Source: a candidate division WWE3 bacterium RAAC2_WWE3_1 (GTDB taxonomy: Bacteria > Patescibacteriota > WWE3 > UBA101185 > UBA10185). From it: a stretch of 64,000 nucleotides of DNA. Of this stretch, positions 47,567 to 57,302 are shown one piece after another. Made by a program: the position numbers and the translations under genes. The notes beneath the pieces are model-generated. The model was not told where the DNA came from. It worked only from the letters and a program-made list of their open reading frames with translations, and did no database searches. The stretch's first letter is position 1. Each line of letters opens with the position of its first letter. The DNA is taken from the NCBI GenBank assembly GCA_000503835.1, contig CP006914.1:157218-221217 (forward strand). The letters run 5' to 3'.

Positions 47567-48998
47567 ACTTAATGAACTTACAGTTTTAGAAGCGCTCGAA
47601 GGTTTGAAAAAGAAAGAATTTACTTCCGTAGAATTGGTAAAGGCCTGTTTATCCCAAATTGAAAAATACGATTCTAAAATTAAGGCCTTTTTGAGAGTTA
47701 CCCCTGAGATTGCATTAAAAAGAGCCGAAGAAGCCGACAAAGAGATTTCTACCAAAGGTGTCGAGGCCTTTATAAACAAACCTTTGTTAGGTATTCCGTA
47801 TGCGGCGAAAGATAATTATTCAACAAAAGGTGTGGAAACTACCGCGTCCTCAAAAGTTTTGGAAGGTTATGTTCCTCCGTTTGACGCTACGGCCATTAAA
47901 AGGCTGGACGAGGCAGGAGCGATTTTGCTGGGAAAAACTAACTTGGATGCTTTTGCCCACGGATCTTCTACTGAAACTTCGGACTTCGGAACGACCTTTA
48001 ATCCGTGGGACCTGACTAAGGTTCCGGGCGGCTCCTCAGGGGGCTCAGCGGCCGCTGTAGCGTCTCACATGGTGTTATTTGCAACCGGAAGTGAGACAGG
48101 GGGAAGTACAAGAGGTCCCGCGTCCTGGTGCGGTGTTACGGGCGTAAAACCCTCTTACGGCAGGGTGAGCAGGTATGGAATTGTAGCCATGGCTTCTTCT
48201 ACCGATTCTCCTGGTCCGTTAACTAAAACAGCCGAAGATGCCGCGGTAGTTTTAAGAGTTATGGCGGGAAAAGATCCGCTTGACGCAACATCCTTACAAA
48301 CAGAAGTGCCCGATTATTTAGCCGAAGGGAAGTCTTTTAGCATGAAGGGAATAAAAATCGGAAGGCCGGTGTCCTACTTTGAAATGGAGCTTGAAGAGGG
48401 AACAAGGAAAAAAGTTGATGAGGCGGTTGAGGTTTTCAGAAGTTTGGGAGCCGAGATTATTGATGTCGACATGCTGAGTCCGAAATATTCTATTGCCGTT
48501 TACACAATTCTGCAAAGATCCGAAGTTTCTTCTAATTTGGCTAGACTCGACGGAATAAGATACGGAAACGACCGCAACTCTTTCGGATTTGAAGCTAAGA
48601 AAAGAATTATGCTGGGTGCTTACACTTTAAGCTCGGGATACTACGATGCTTACTACGCGAAAGCACAAAAAGTACGGACATTAATTAAGCAAAGTTTTGA
48701 TGCTGCGTTTGAAAAAGTCGATTTGCTGGTTGCTCCTTCCATGCCGTGTGTCGCTTTGAATGTAGGCGAAAGCTCTAACTCTCCGATGTTCGGAGAAATG
48801 ATGGATGTTTTGAACGAGCCAAGCTGTATTGCGGGAGTACCGGGAATTAGCGTGCCGTGCGGGTTATACAACGGTTTACCCGTCGGTGTCCAAATAATGA
48901 GCAAAATTAACGAAGAGTCGAAAATATTCGGGGCGCTATTTAATTATCAGGGGGCGACGGGCTTTCATCTGGAAAAACCGGCGTTAATCAAGGAATAA
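47559..48998 (+). CDS. gatA: Asp/Glu-tRNA amidotransferase subunit A (amidase signature)
   Basis: Amidase signature GGSSGGSAAAVAS and KTNLDAFA. Confidence 0.92.
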   Translation: MSKLNELTVLEALEGLKKKEFTSVELVKACLSQIEKYDSKIKAFLRVTPEIALKRAEEADKEISTKGVEAFINKPLLGIPYAAKDNYSTKGVETTASSKVLEGYVPPFDATAIKRLDEAGAILLGKTNLDAFAHGSSTETSDFGTTFNPWDLTKVPGGSSGGSAAAVASHMVLFATGSETGGSTRGPASWCGVTGVKPSYGRVSRYGIVAMASSTDSPGPLTKTAEDAAVVLRVMAGKDPLDATSLQTEVPDYLAEGKSFSMKGIKIGRPVSYFEMELEEGTRKKVDEAVEVFRSLGAEIIDVDMLSPKYSIAVYTILQRSEVSSNLARLDGIRYGNDRNSFGFEAKKRIMLGAYTLSSGYYDAYYAKAQKVRTLIKQSFDAAFEKVDLLVAPSMPCVALNVGESSNSPMFGEMMDVLNEPSCIAGVPGISVPCGLYNGLPVGVQIMSKINEESKIFGALFNYQGATGFHLEKPALIKE

Positions 48999-48999
48999 T

Positions 49000-49392
49000 A
49001 TGGGATTTTTTGATTTTATATTCGGTTCAGGAACAGGATCAGCCTACGGAAGCGTGAGCCAGGAAACCGTGAGAAAAATAACATCTGACTGGGAAAACGT
49101 AAGTGTGTTACTTAAACAAAAAGGTCCTTCGCAGTTAAAACAGGCATTAATCACAGCTGATAAATCTTTGGACGCTGTTTTAAAAGAAATAGTTCCCGGA
49201 GAGACAATGGGGGAACGTCTGAAAAACGCCGTTGAGAAATTTGACAGGCCTACTTACAACAGAATTTGGGAGGCCCATAAATTAAGAAATAGCTTGGTAC
49301 ACGAGGCAGGGTTCGAGCCGGCATATTTTATGATTACCGAAGCAGTCGCTAATTTAAAAGAGGCTTTATACAAATTGGGAGTTAATGTTTAA
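49000..49392 (+). CDS. Small HEPN-like (DUF4145-type) protein inserted between gatA and gatB
   Basis: 130 aa and helical. C-terminal KLRNSLVHEAG fits the HEPN Rx4-6H motif as found in the DUF4145 family. Tightly packed with 1-3 nt gaps to both neighbours. Confidence 0.45.
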   Translation: MGFFDFIFGSGTGSAYGSVSQETVRKITSDWENVSVLLKQKGPSQLKQALITADKSLDAVLKEIVPGETMGERLKNAVEKFDRPTYNRIWEAHKLRNSLVHEAGFEPAYFMITEAVANLKEALYKLGVNV

Positions 49393-49395
49393 AAA

Positions 49396-50718
49396 ATGAA
49401 CGAAGAATTATTAGGAAAATACAAACTTGTCGTGGGGATGGAAGTTCACATCCAACCTAAAACGGGACAGAAAATGTTTTGCGGATGTGACGCTAATATA
49501 TGGGGCGCCGAGCCTAATACCCGCACCTGTCCTACATGCCTGGGATTACCGGGCGCCTTACCCGTTCCTAATTTAGAAGGAGTTAAAAAGGCGCAACTAC
49601 TGGGTTTAGCCTTAAACTGCAACTTAAACACCGATTCGAGATTTGACAGAAAACACTATTTTTACCCCGACCTTCCGAAAGGTTACCAAATTAGTCAGTA
49701 CAAACAACCTTTGTGCGAAAACGGCTCGCTTCTTTTGGAAAGCGGCAATACAGCTGATATAGAAAGAGTTCATCTCGAAGAGGACGTTGCTAAGTCTTTT
49801 CACGAAGGCGGTAAAACACTGGTGGATTTTAATAAGTCCGGACTTCCTTTAATAGAAGTAGTGACGAGACCGTGTTTCCGCTCCATTGAAGACGCTGTCG
49901 ATTACTGTAAAAAACTGCAGGTAATTTGCAGGTACTTAGGAATAAGCGAAGCCGACATGGAAAAAGGACAGATGAGACTCGAAGCCAATATTTCACTTCG
50001 TACAGCCGAGATGGAAGCAAAAAACGAACTGTCCCCTTACAAAGTAGAAGTCAAGAATATAAACTCGTTCAAATACATGGAAAAAGCTGTTCGAGCAGAG
50101 ATTGTGAGACAGCGCGAAATTTTGGAAAAAGGCGAAATGCCGAAACAGGAAAACAGGGGATACGACGAATTCAAAAATATTACTGTCGCGCAACGAGATA
50201 AAGAAGAAGCTTCGGATTACAGATACTTTCCCGAACCCGATATTCCGCCGATGGTTTTTGATGAGAAATATATTACTGAGTTGAGGGCGGTTGAAGGCAG
50301 TTTGCCTCAGATACTACGAAAAGAAATGGAAGATAAGGGCGTCACAAAAGAGCAGAGCAGGATTTTGGTGGAAGTGATGGGGTTTCCGGCTGTGGAAAAA
50401 TTTGAAAAGCTTGTAGACGGGGGTTTGGGTGCTTCTAAAGCGGCTACAGTTTTGATTAATAGAAAAGATCTTTTTGAACTGGACGCCGGAGAAATTTTAG
50501 AAAAATTAAAGGGCGAGAGTGACAAAGTTTCAGATACGGGGGAAATAAAAAAGGTTGTCGAAGCAGTTTTGGAAAAGAACCCATCCGCTGTTTCGGATTT
50601 TAAAAACGGAAAAGAAAGCGCCGTACAGTTTTTGTTAGGCAACGTTATGAAGGAAATGAGGGGTAAGGCAGATCCGGTTATTGCATCGGATTTGATAAAA
50701 GAATTCCTTACAAGGTGA
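49396..50718 (+). CDS. gatB: Asp/Glu-tRNA amidotransferase subunit B
   Basis: N-terminus GMEVHIQ..T..KMFCGC......EPNT..CP.CLGLPGALPV is GatB-specific, including the Cys cluster. Confidence 0.92.
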   Translation: MNEELLGKYKLVVGMEVHIQPKTGQKMFCGCDANIWGAEPNTRTCPTCLGLPGALPVPNLEGVKKAQLLGLALNCNLNTDSRFDRKHYFYPDLPKGYQISQYKQPLCENGSLLLESGNTADIERVHLEEDVAKSFHEGGKTLVDFNKSGLPLIEVVTRPCFRSIEDAVDYCKKLQVICRYLGISEADMEKGQMRLEANISLRTAEMEAKNELSPYKVEVKNINSFKYMEKAVRAEIVRQREILEKGEMPKQENRGYDEFKNITVAQRDKEEASDYRYFPEPDIPPMVFDEKYITELRAVEGSLPQILRKEMEDKGVTKEQSRILVEVMGFPAVEKFEKLVDGGLGASKAATVLINRKDLFELDAGEILEKLKGESDKVSDTGEIKKVVEAVLEKNPSAVSDFKNGKESAVQFLLGNVMKEMRGKADPVIASDLIKEFLTR

Positions 50719-50788
50719 TAAACATTTCGGCGGTTACCCAAAAAAGAGGCCGCACTGTTGGAATAGTCCCAATAATGCGGCCACGCGA

Positions 50789-51037
50789 CTAGTTAACAAT
50801 CAAATCTCTTGCGATGGAAAACGCGAGTACAAAGGAAACGACCGAAACGCTGAAATCAAGAAGGTTTCTGCCGTTTTTGAGCCGTTCAGTTCCAATCGCA
50901 GCCAGAATCCCGATGATTACTAACGAAACGTACCGCAGCGTTATCTCATCGAAAATAACGCGTTTTACTAAAAGCAACGCTCCCCATGCCAACAGAATTA
51001 GCACCCCAAGAGCTTTTAGCCAGTGCTTCTCAATCAT
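50789..51037 (-). CDS. Small membrane protein (hypothetical)
   Basis: 82 aa with two hydrophobic helices, divergent from polA. No further support. Confidence 0.3.
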   Translation of the reverse strand: MIEKHWLKALGVLILLAWGALLLVKRVIFDEITLRYVSLVIIGILAAIGTERLKNGRNLLDFSVSVVSFVLAFSIARDLIVN

Positions 51038-51142
51038 TTTCTCCTCCTTTTGAATGCCAGCATCTTATCACACTATGGGTCCTGGGACAACATTGAAATA
51101 TCACTCAATTATAGTGTTTCTTCAAGTGGTATCATATACGGG

Positions 51143-52990
51143 ATGGAACTAAAATTTGACCCGGCAAACCCTACATACGACTACATCACAAAAACTGATC
51201 AGGCAAACGAGGCTCTCGAAATTTTGGAAAAAGTAAAAGTGGTCGGAGTAGACATTGAAAGCACGGGTCTTGATCCTTACACCTCAACTTTGCTGCTTGT
51301 ACAAATCGGTACCGAAGATAAAAGTTATATTTTCGACGCACGAGCTCTTGAACTAAAAAATTTCACACGTTTTAAAGAATTTCTGGAAAATCCAAAGATA
51401 CTTAAAATTTTCCACAACGGTAAGTTCGACTACAAACACATCAAAATTCACATTGGTGCTGCGCCCACAAATTTATACGACACAATGCTTGCAGAAGTCA
51501 TTTTAAACGCAGGGCTCGGGCGTGGTTACTATTCCTTAAAAGACCTTACCAAAAAATATACCGGGCTGGATTTGAAAAAGGATGTGCGGGAAACGTTTGA
51601 AGGCGTGACGAATAAAACAAAAATTAATGTTGAACAATTGAAATACTCCGCATTGGACACCTTGATATTATTTCCGGTTTTCAATGAGCAGCTTGTCAAA
51701 ATAAAAAGCGAAAATCTATTAAATGTCGCCAAACTTGAGTTTGCTGCAACCCGCGCTGTAGGCGAAATGGAGCTGAAAGGCATTTATATTGATGAGAAAA
51801 AGTGGCGGGACATTATGGTGCATCTATCTGAGAGAAGAAACGCTTTAGCTAAAGAATTTCAGGAGGCCATAAGGCCTTATTACTCCAACAACATGATTGA
51901 TCTTTTCGGAAATCACGCAGATACAATAAATATAAACAGCCAGCAGCAGTTGATGGACCTGTTCAATAACAAGTTGAATTTAAATCTGCCGTCCACGGGC
52001 GATGCGTTGCTTGCTTTGCATAATGAACCTATTGTTAAGCTACTAAGAAATTACAGAGGCTACGAAAAACTATTGTCGGCGTTCGGGGACTCGCTGTTAT
52101 CAAAAATAAATCCCGTTACAAAAAGACTTCACCCGGAATTCAACCAGCTCGGTACAGCAACAGGAAGGTTCTCCTGTAATAATCCTAATCTCCAGCAAAT
52201 TCCGAGAAACTCAGAAGAAGCTCCTTTTAGAACCTGTTTCAATCCTGAGCCCGGTTATAAATTAGTTACGGCGGATTACTCTTCATTTGAAATGAGAATT
52301 CTTGCAGAGCTTTCCGGAGACGCGAAAATGATTAAAGCGTTAAACGACGGTCTGGATATTCACTCTTACACCGCATCACTTATGTTTAACGTTCCTTACA
52401 GTGATGATTTTAAAAAGAAATATCCCAGCTATAGGCAAATCGCCAAACCTATAGGTTTCGGGTTGATGTACGGAATGGGATCAATGGGATTAGCGGCCAG
52501 AATAGAAAACGAAACCGGAACACCCGTATCCAGAGAACAGGGAGAAGATTATATGAACAGGTACTTCGCGAGCTATCCAAGCGTCAAGGACTATCTTAAT
52601 AAAACGGCAAGAAAAGCTGTGAAGGACGGTTTTAGTACAACGCCCCTCGGAAGAAAACGCTGGTACGATAAACCATTAAAAGACGATCCCGATTTCAGGA
52701 AAAAGGAATCGCGTATTGAGAGGGAAGCAAAAAACCACCCAATTCAGGGAACAAACGCTGATGCGGTCAAGTACGCTTTAATATTTTTAAACGACAGGAT
52801 GAAAAAAGAGGGAATAGACGGCGGTCTTACCCTCACCGTTCACGATGAAATAGTGTCGGAGATTAGAGACGACCAGGCGGAGTATTGGGCAAAAGTGCAG
52901 TCAGACGAGATGGTAAGAGCTGCCGCACTTTTTATAAAAAAAGTGAAGATTCAAAGCGACCCGTTTGTGGGTGATGTTTGGGAACATTAA
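51143..52990 (+). CDS. polA: DNA polymerase I, Klenow-like (3'-5' exonuclease plus polymerase domains; no 5' nuclease domain)
   Basis: Start moved to ATG at 51143 (MELKFDP...). DEDD exonuclease motif VVGVDIESTGL. Family A motif B RQIAKPIGFGLMYGMG and motif C LTVHDEIV. Confidence 0.88.
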   Translation: MELKFDPANPTYDYITKTDQANEALEILEKVKVVGVDIESTGLDPYTSTLLLVQIGTEDKSYIFDARALELKNFTRFKEFLENPKILKIFHNGKFDYKHIKIHIGAAPTNLYDTMLAEVILNAGLGRGYYSLKDLTKKYTGLDLKKDVRETFEGVTNKTKINVEQLKYSALDTLILFPVFNEQLVKIKSENLLNVAKLEFAATRAVGEMELKGIYIDEKKWRDIMVHLSERRNALAKEFQEAIRPYYSNNMIDLFGNHADTININSQQQLMDLFNNKLNLNLPSTGDALLALHNEPIVKLLRNYRGYEKLLSAFGDSLLSKINPVTKRLHPEFNQLGTATGRFSCNNPNLQQIPRNSEEAPFRTCFNPEPGYKLVTADYSSFEMRILAELSGDAKMIKALNDGLDIHSYTASLMFNVPYSDDFKKKYPSYRQIAKPIGFGLMYGMGSMGLAARIENETGTPVSREQGEDYMNRYFASYPSVKDYLNKTARKAVKDGFSTTPLGRKRWYDKPLKDDPDFRKKESRIEREAKNHPIQGTNADAVKYALIFLNDRMKKEGIDGGLTLTVHDEIVSEIRDDQAEYWAKVQSDEMVRAAALFIKKVKIQSDPFVGDVWEH

Positions 52991-52999
52991 ATTTTAGGA

Positions 53000-53047
53000 A
53001 TAAAAAAGGCGACCTTGTAAGCTTGTTAAGCTGTACGAAAGTCGCCT
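53000..53047. terminator. Hairpin terminator between convergent polA and 53058-53801 genes
   Basis: AGGCGAC (53007-53013) / GTCGCCT (53041-53047) stem with an inner AAGCTTGTTAAGCT sub-palindrome. The A-run 53001-53006 on + provides a U-tract for the minus-strand transcript. Confidence 0.5.
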
Positions 53048-53057
53048 AAGAAGTGTC

Positions 53058-53801
53058 TCAGAACCTCTTTGTTGCTTCGCGGTCATCCCAAGTTCCGCTC
53101 AGAAGCTCTTTTCCATCCCATACGTAGTACATGTCGATATCTTTGTTGCTTCCGGACGGGTTGTGAAAATAAACCCTAAATATGTTGTTAATAGGTATTT
53201 CCGCAATCGCTTCCTTGATGCACTCGTCTTCGCCGATGCACATGAGGACTGTGCCGGGAAACTCCAGAAAAGCACTCGCCGGAACGAAGTCCGTATTGTC
53301 AAAGGCGTACCCTTTTTTTAGCAACTCAACTTCTTTGGGCGAAAGAAATTCCATGGGATTGAATTCCAATCGCTTTGTTCCGAAAGTTGATTGAAGTCGC
53401 TTGGTAACGGTCTTCAAGGACTCCTCCCTTAACATAAACTCCTTTGGGAATTCAATCAGGTCGCCGGTCAGGTGGATACAAGAGCTATCGTTGTCTGCTC
53501 TAAAAATCACAATGATTTCCGAGTTGTCGAACTCGGGTTCCACCTCTCTGGAGTACAAGGACATATTTCCGTCCTTGAAGGTGCGAAGATTTGCTCTTTG
53601 GATGACAACGTTTCCGGTTTCTAACCACTCTACGTGTTGTTTGAGGGTAAGCTTAATCTGTAGTACTCCTGAATGCAGGCGGGAAGCCCCGATAAATATA
53701 ACGGGATTTGTCTTATCCCCCGTCTGCACAAGATTCCTTACTGCCATGCCCTTAACAACACCTCTTGACCATATTTCAAAAAGCTGCACGCTCTCTTCCA
53801 T
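53058..53801 (-). CDS. Hypothetical protein (247 aa), no recognisable domain
   Basis: Intact ORF standing alone on the minus strand between polA and clpC-like, with a plausible terminator downstream. Confidence 0.45.
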   Translation of the reverse strand: MEESVQLFEIWSRGVVKGMAVRNLVQTGDKTNPVIFIGASRLHSGVLQIKLTLKQHVEWLETGNVVIQRANLRTFKDGNMSLYSREVEPEFDNSEIIVIFRADNDSSCIHLTGDLIEFPKEFMLREESLKTVTKRLQSTFGTKRLEFNPMEFLSPKEVELLKKGYAFDNTDFVPASAFLEFPGTVLMCIGEDECIKEAIAEIPINNIFRVYFHNPSGSNKDIDMYYVWDGKELLSGTWDDREATKRF

Positions 53802-53953
53802 GTCGTCCCTCCTTTTGTCATTTCTGATATGATTTTATCGTATAGTAGTACGATATAGTCGGTAGCGGATATTCTAGCACACAAAACCAGGTGGTCAATC
53901 TAACACGTTCTATTCTGCCACGCAACTATCTAAAACCCTTGCACTCTTAAGCT

Positions 53954-56086
53954 ATGAGTGCTAATATCTCACTCATGGTACTCTGCCACCGATGCGGACA
54001 GCGTCCTGCAAAATATCCAATAAATCAGATAGTTGACGGCAAGCAAGTCTACATGGCTCTCTGTGAAGTATGTTACGAGGAAGTTGTGAAAGAAACGTCC
54101 CAATCCGCTTCAAAACTGGATAAATACGGCCGCGATCTTACCCAACTAGCCCGTGAAGGTAAACTTGACCCCGTTATCGGCCGAAAAAACGAAATCGAAC
54201 GCGTTATTCATATACTTTCAAGAAGAACAAAAAATAACCCTGTTTTAATAGGCGACCCCGGTGTCGGTAAAACAGCTATAGTTGAGGGTTTGGCCCAAAA
54301 AATCGTTAACGGACAGGTTCCTGAGCCTTTAAGAGGTAAACGTGTGTTTATGCTGGATTTGGCTTCAATAATCGCAGGAACTTCCCATAGAGGAATGTTC
54401 GAGGGACGCCTGAAAGACATAATAACCGAGGTCATTTCGGCGAGTGGTCAGATAATCCTTTTTGTAGACGAGCTTCATACCGTTATCGGAGCCGGTAGTG
54501 CAGAAGGATCGATGGATGCCGCAAATATACTCAAACCGGCCCTTTCAAGAGGTGAATTACAAATGGTAGGTGCTACTACAATAGATGAGTATAGAAAATA
54601 TGTTGAAAGGGACGCCGCACTTGAGCGCCGCTTCCAGCCTATTATGGTAAATGAACCGACATCAGAAGATACCGTCGAAATTCTCAGAGGATTGAGAGAG
54701 CGCTACGAATCCCATCACAACGTAAAAATAACGGACGACGCGATAGTTGCTGCCGTTAAAATGAGCGATCGCTATGTTTCTGACCGCTTTTTGCCCGATA
54801 AGGCGATTGACTTGATTGACGAGGCTTGTGCGATGGTCCGCCTGTCCCAGGTAAAAGAGCCTGAAAATTTAAGAACTGTGGAAGAAGAAATTTCAAAATT
54901 AAAAACTGACGCGAGAAAAAATAAGATCAGCGATGAGGAAAAAGAACAGATAAAGAAAAGAACAGAAGAATTGGAGAAAATAAAATCGGAACTTGTTGAA
55001 ATCTGGACAAAAACTAAATTGGAGGAAATTCCCGATGTTACTGAAGACGCCGTTATAAAAGTTGTTTCCCGTGCAACCGGTATACCGCTTGAGAAATTAA
55101 ATGTTGTTGAACGCGAAAGACTTTTAAATCTCGAAAAAACAATAAAAAACAGAGTTGTTGGTCAGGATAAGGCAGTTGGTGTTTTGTCCGAAGCTATCAG
55201 GAGAGCGAGGGCGGGTCTGAAAGACCCGAAAAGACCAATCGGCTCCTTTTTGTTCCTCGGTCCTACAGGTGTTGGTAAAACTGAATTGGCAAAGACTTTA
55301 GCCGAGGCTTTGTACGGTGATGAAGACATGATTGTCCGCCTGGATATGAGCGAGTATATGGAAAAGCATTCGGTGAGTAAATTGATAGGCGCGCCCCCGG
55401 GATATGTTGGATACGAACAAGGTGGTCAGCTTACCGACATTGTGAGAAGGAAACCCTTTTCCGTAATATTGCTGGATGAAATAGAGAAAGCTCACCCTGA
55501 TACATTTAATGCCTTATTGCAAATAATGGAGGATGGGCGTTTGACTGACAGCAAGGGCAGAACAGTAGACTTTAAAAACACTATCTTAATACTTACGTCC
55601 AATGTTGGTTCGGAGCTATTAAGACGAAAAGACATAGGCTTTATCGAAGACAAGAAGAAGTCCCACGACGAGGTAGCTATAGCCGCCGACAGAAGAATAT
55701 TCGGTATATTAAAAGATTCGTTTAAACCCGAATTCCTGAACAGAATTGATGAAATTGTAGTATTTACCAGCCTGGGAAAAGAGGATATTAGGGAAATAAC
55801 CCTGAGAATGCTTGATAAAACCAGGAAAATGCTGGCTGAACAACAGCTCACGCTTGAGGTTTCTGATGGGGCAGTAGACTATCTGGTAGAAAACGGATAC
55901 AGCGAGGAATACGGGGCAAGGCCTCTCAGAAGACTAATCCAGAACGAGGTAGAAAACGCCATATCAAGCAAAATAATAGCGGGTGAAACATCCGGGGGAG
56001 ACCTTGTAGAGATTGATATTTCATCGCAAGGCGGTTTGACGGTGGAGGTTAAAAAGCCGGCGAGGGTGTCCTCGAAAAAGAAATAA
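53954..56086 (+). CDS. clpC: ClpC/ClpA-type AAA+ ATPase chaperone with N-terminal Cys4 zinc ribbon in place of Clp_N repeats
   Basis: Two AAA+ modules (GDPGVGKTA; GPTGVGKTE), a UVR-like coiled-coil linker, and a ClpP-docking IGF loop ([10 protein letters not shown]). N-terminus CHRCGQ...CEVCYEE. Confidence 0.85.
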   Translation: MSANISLMVLCHRCGQRPAKYPINQIVDGKQVYMALCEVCYEEVVKETSQSASKLDKYGRDLTQLAREGKLDPVIGRKNEIERVIHILSRRTKNNPVLIGDPGVGKTAIVEGLAQKIVNGQVPEPLRGKRVFMLDLASIIAGTSHRGMFEGRLKDIITEVISASGQIILFVDELHTVIGAGSAEGSMDAANILKPALSRGELQMVGATTIDEYRKYVERDAALERRFQPIMVNEPTSEDTVEILRGLRERYESHHNVKITDDAIVAAVKMSDRYVSDRFLPDKAIDLIDEACAMVRLSQVKEPENLRTVEEEISKLKTDARKNKISDEEKEQIKKRTEELEKIKSELVEIWTKTKLEEIPDVTEDAVIKVVSRATGIPLEKLNVVERERLLNLEKTIKNRVVGQDKAVGVLSEAIRRARAGLKDPKRPIGSFLFLGPTGVGKTELAKTLAEALYGDEDMIVRLDMSEYMEKHSVSKLIGAPPGYVGYEQGGQLTDIVRRKPFSVILLDEIEKAHPDTFNALLQIMEDGRLTDSKGRTVDFKNTILILTSNVGSELLRRKDIGFIEDKKKSHDEVAIAADRRIFGILKDSFKPEFLNRIDEIVVFTSLGKEDIREITLRMLDKTRKMLAEQQLTLEVSDGAVDYLVENGYSEEYGARPLRRLIQNEVENAISSKIIAGETSGGDLVEIDISSQGGLTVEVKKPARVSSKKK

Positions 56087-56125
56087 TTGAAATTGCGGGT
56101 TTAATTTGCTATCCTAGCACAGTCT

Positions 56126-56659
56126 ATGGCCGATAAAGATCAAGATACAACTAAACAGGACGACACAGCTCAGCAGGATGAGCCTGTAGATGAAAGCATT
56201 GTCGAAGCGTCTGCGCAGGAAGAGGAAGCAGCCGAGGCTCCTGCAGTAGAAACCGAGGAAGAAAAGCTTGTGGAAGTCATTGAGGAAAAGGCCGAGGAAG
56301 AGTCCAAAGCCGCTGAAGAAGAACTGAAGAAGGTTTCGGAAGAAGAACCTAAAATTCCCGAATTCAGAGTCGGCGACACCATCAGAGTTTTCTACAAAAT
56401 AATCGAGGGTGAAAAGATGAGGATTCAGCCCTTTGAAGGTATCGTAATTTCATTTAGGGGTTCAGGTGTTTCAAAAACCTTCACCGTGAGAAGAATAGGG
56501 GCAGATCAGGTCGGTGTCGAAAGAATATTACCTTTGTTTTCCCCCAACATAGAAAAAATAAAAGTTGTTAAACACGGAAACGTGAGAAGAGCCAAGCTGT
56601 TCTACTTAAGAAATAAAGTCGGTAGAGAAGCAATGAGAGTAAGAGAAGCGAAGAAATAA
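56126..56659 (+). CDS. rplS: 50S ribosomal protein L19 with ~75-aa acidic N-terminal extension
   Basis: C-terminal 100 aa [30 protein letters not shown]...RRAKLFYLR is canonical L19. The N-terminus is D/E/A-rich. Confidence 0.9.
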   Translation: MADKDQDTTKQDDTAQQDEPVDESIVEASAQEEEAAEAPAVETEEEKLVEVIEEKAEEESKAAEEELKKVSEEEPKIPEFRVGDTIRVFYKIIEGEKMRIQPFEGIVISFRGSGVSKTFTVRRIGADQVGVERILPLFSPNIEKIKVVKHGNVRRAKLFYLRNKVGREAMRVREAKK

Positions 56660-56670
56660 ATTCCCCCCCC

Positions 56671-56714
56671 CCAACTTTAATTTAAATAAAGATTAGTTTA
56701 AGTTGGTATTTTTT
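56671..56714 (+). terminator. Rho-independent terminator after rplS, preceded by a C10 homopolymer
   Basis: CCAACTT (56671-56677) / AAGTTGG (56700-56706) stem followed by TATTTTTT. Ten consecutive C at 56663-56672. Confidence 0.55.
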
Positions 56715-56777
56715 GAGCGTTCGTTCTATAAAAAAATCGGCGCTCTCAGTTTAAAACCTGATTACGCCGATGCGTTT

Positions 56778-57128
56778 TTAACACGACCCTTTTCTTATGG
56801 GGGTGGTCGCTAAAACTTCTTTGATGGCCTTAAGTATCTTGGGTTGGATCATCGGCCAGTAAAACCCCTGTTTCCTAACGATGGTTACAGCACACGGATC
56901 CAGCGCGATTATCTTAATGCCGTCAACCTTGTTGAGCTCTTTTATAAGGCGGGCTGCAACCGGTCCGGCGATGTCTTCGGGAATGTTTTCGTTGCCCGGA
57001 GACGGGATGGGAAAGAAAAGATTTCGTGAAGACGACATAGATAGAAGTCGCTTAGTACGGTAAGTTCTAAGCTCTGTCGTTGTCGAGAGCTTTTCTATAC
57101 GGATATCTGAGATGCCTATTACAGCCAT
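56778..57128 (-). CDS. Hypothetical protein (possible degenerate CoA-binding/maturation-protease-like fragment)
   Basis: 116-aa ORF. Weak resemblance in MAVIGISD and GNENIPEDIAGPVAARL to small Rossmann-like families, no convincing motif. Confidence 0.3.
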   Translation of the reverse strand: MAVIGISDIRIEKLSTTTELRTYRTKRLLSMSSSRNLFFPIPSPGNENIPEDIAGPVAARLIKELNKVDGIKIIALDPCAVTIVRKQGFYWPMIQPKILKAIKEVLATTPIRKGSC

Positions 57129-57302
57129 ATCTTTCTCCTTTTGTTTATTATTTTTCCCGGCTTAATTTTAGACGGGGCAGTATTTAGTACTGAGATTTTA
57201 ACACAGTAGTAAAGAAGTCTCTTTGTGACGCAAAAAGGGAGACTTGGTTTTTGGCCTTGTCTCCCCCTGATTCAGTGCTTGGTCATTTGGTTTAAATTGT
57301 GT

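Noticed and set aside
56170-56382. Minus-strand Ser/Ala-rich 70-aa ORF
   Set aside because: Antisense of the acidic low-complexity N-terminal extension of rplS.
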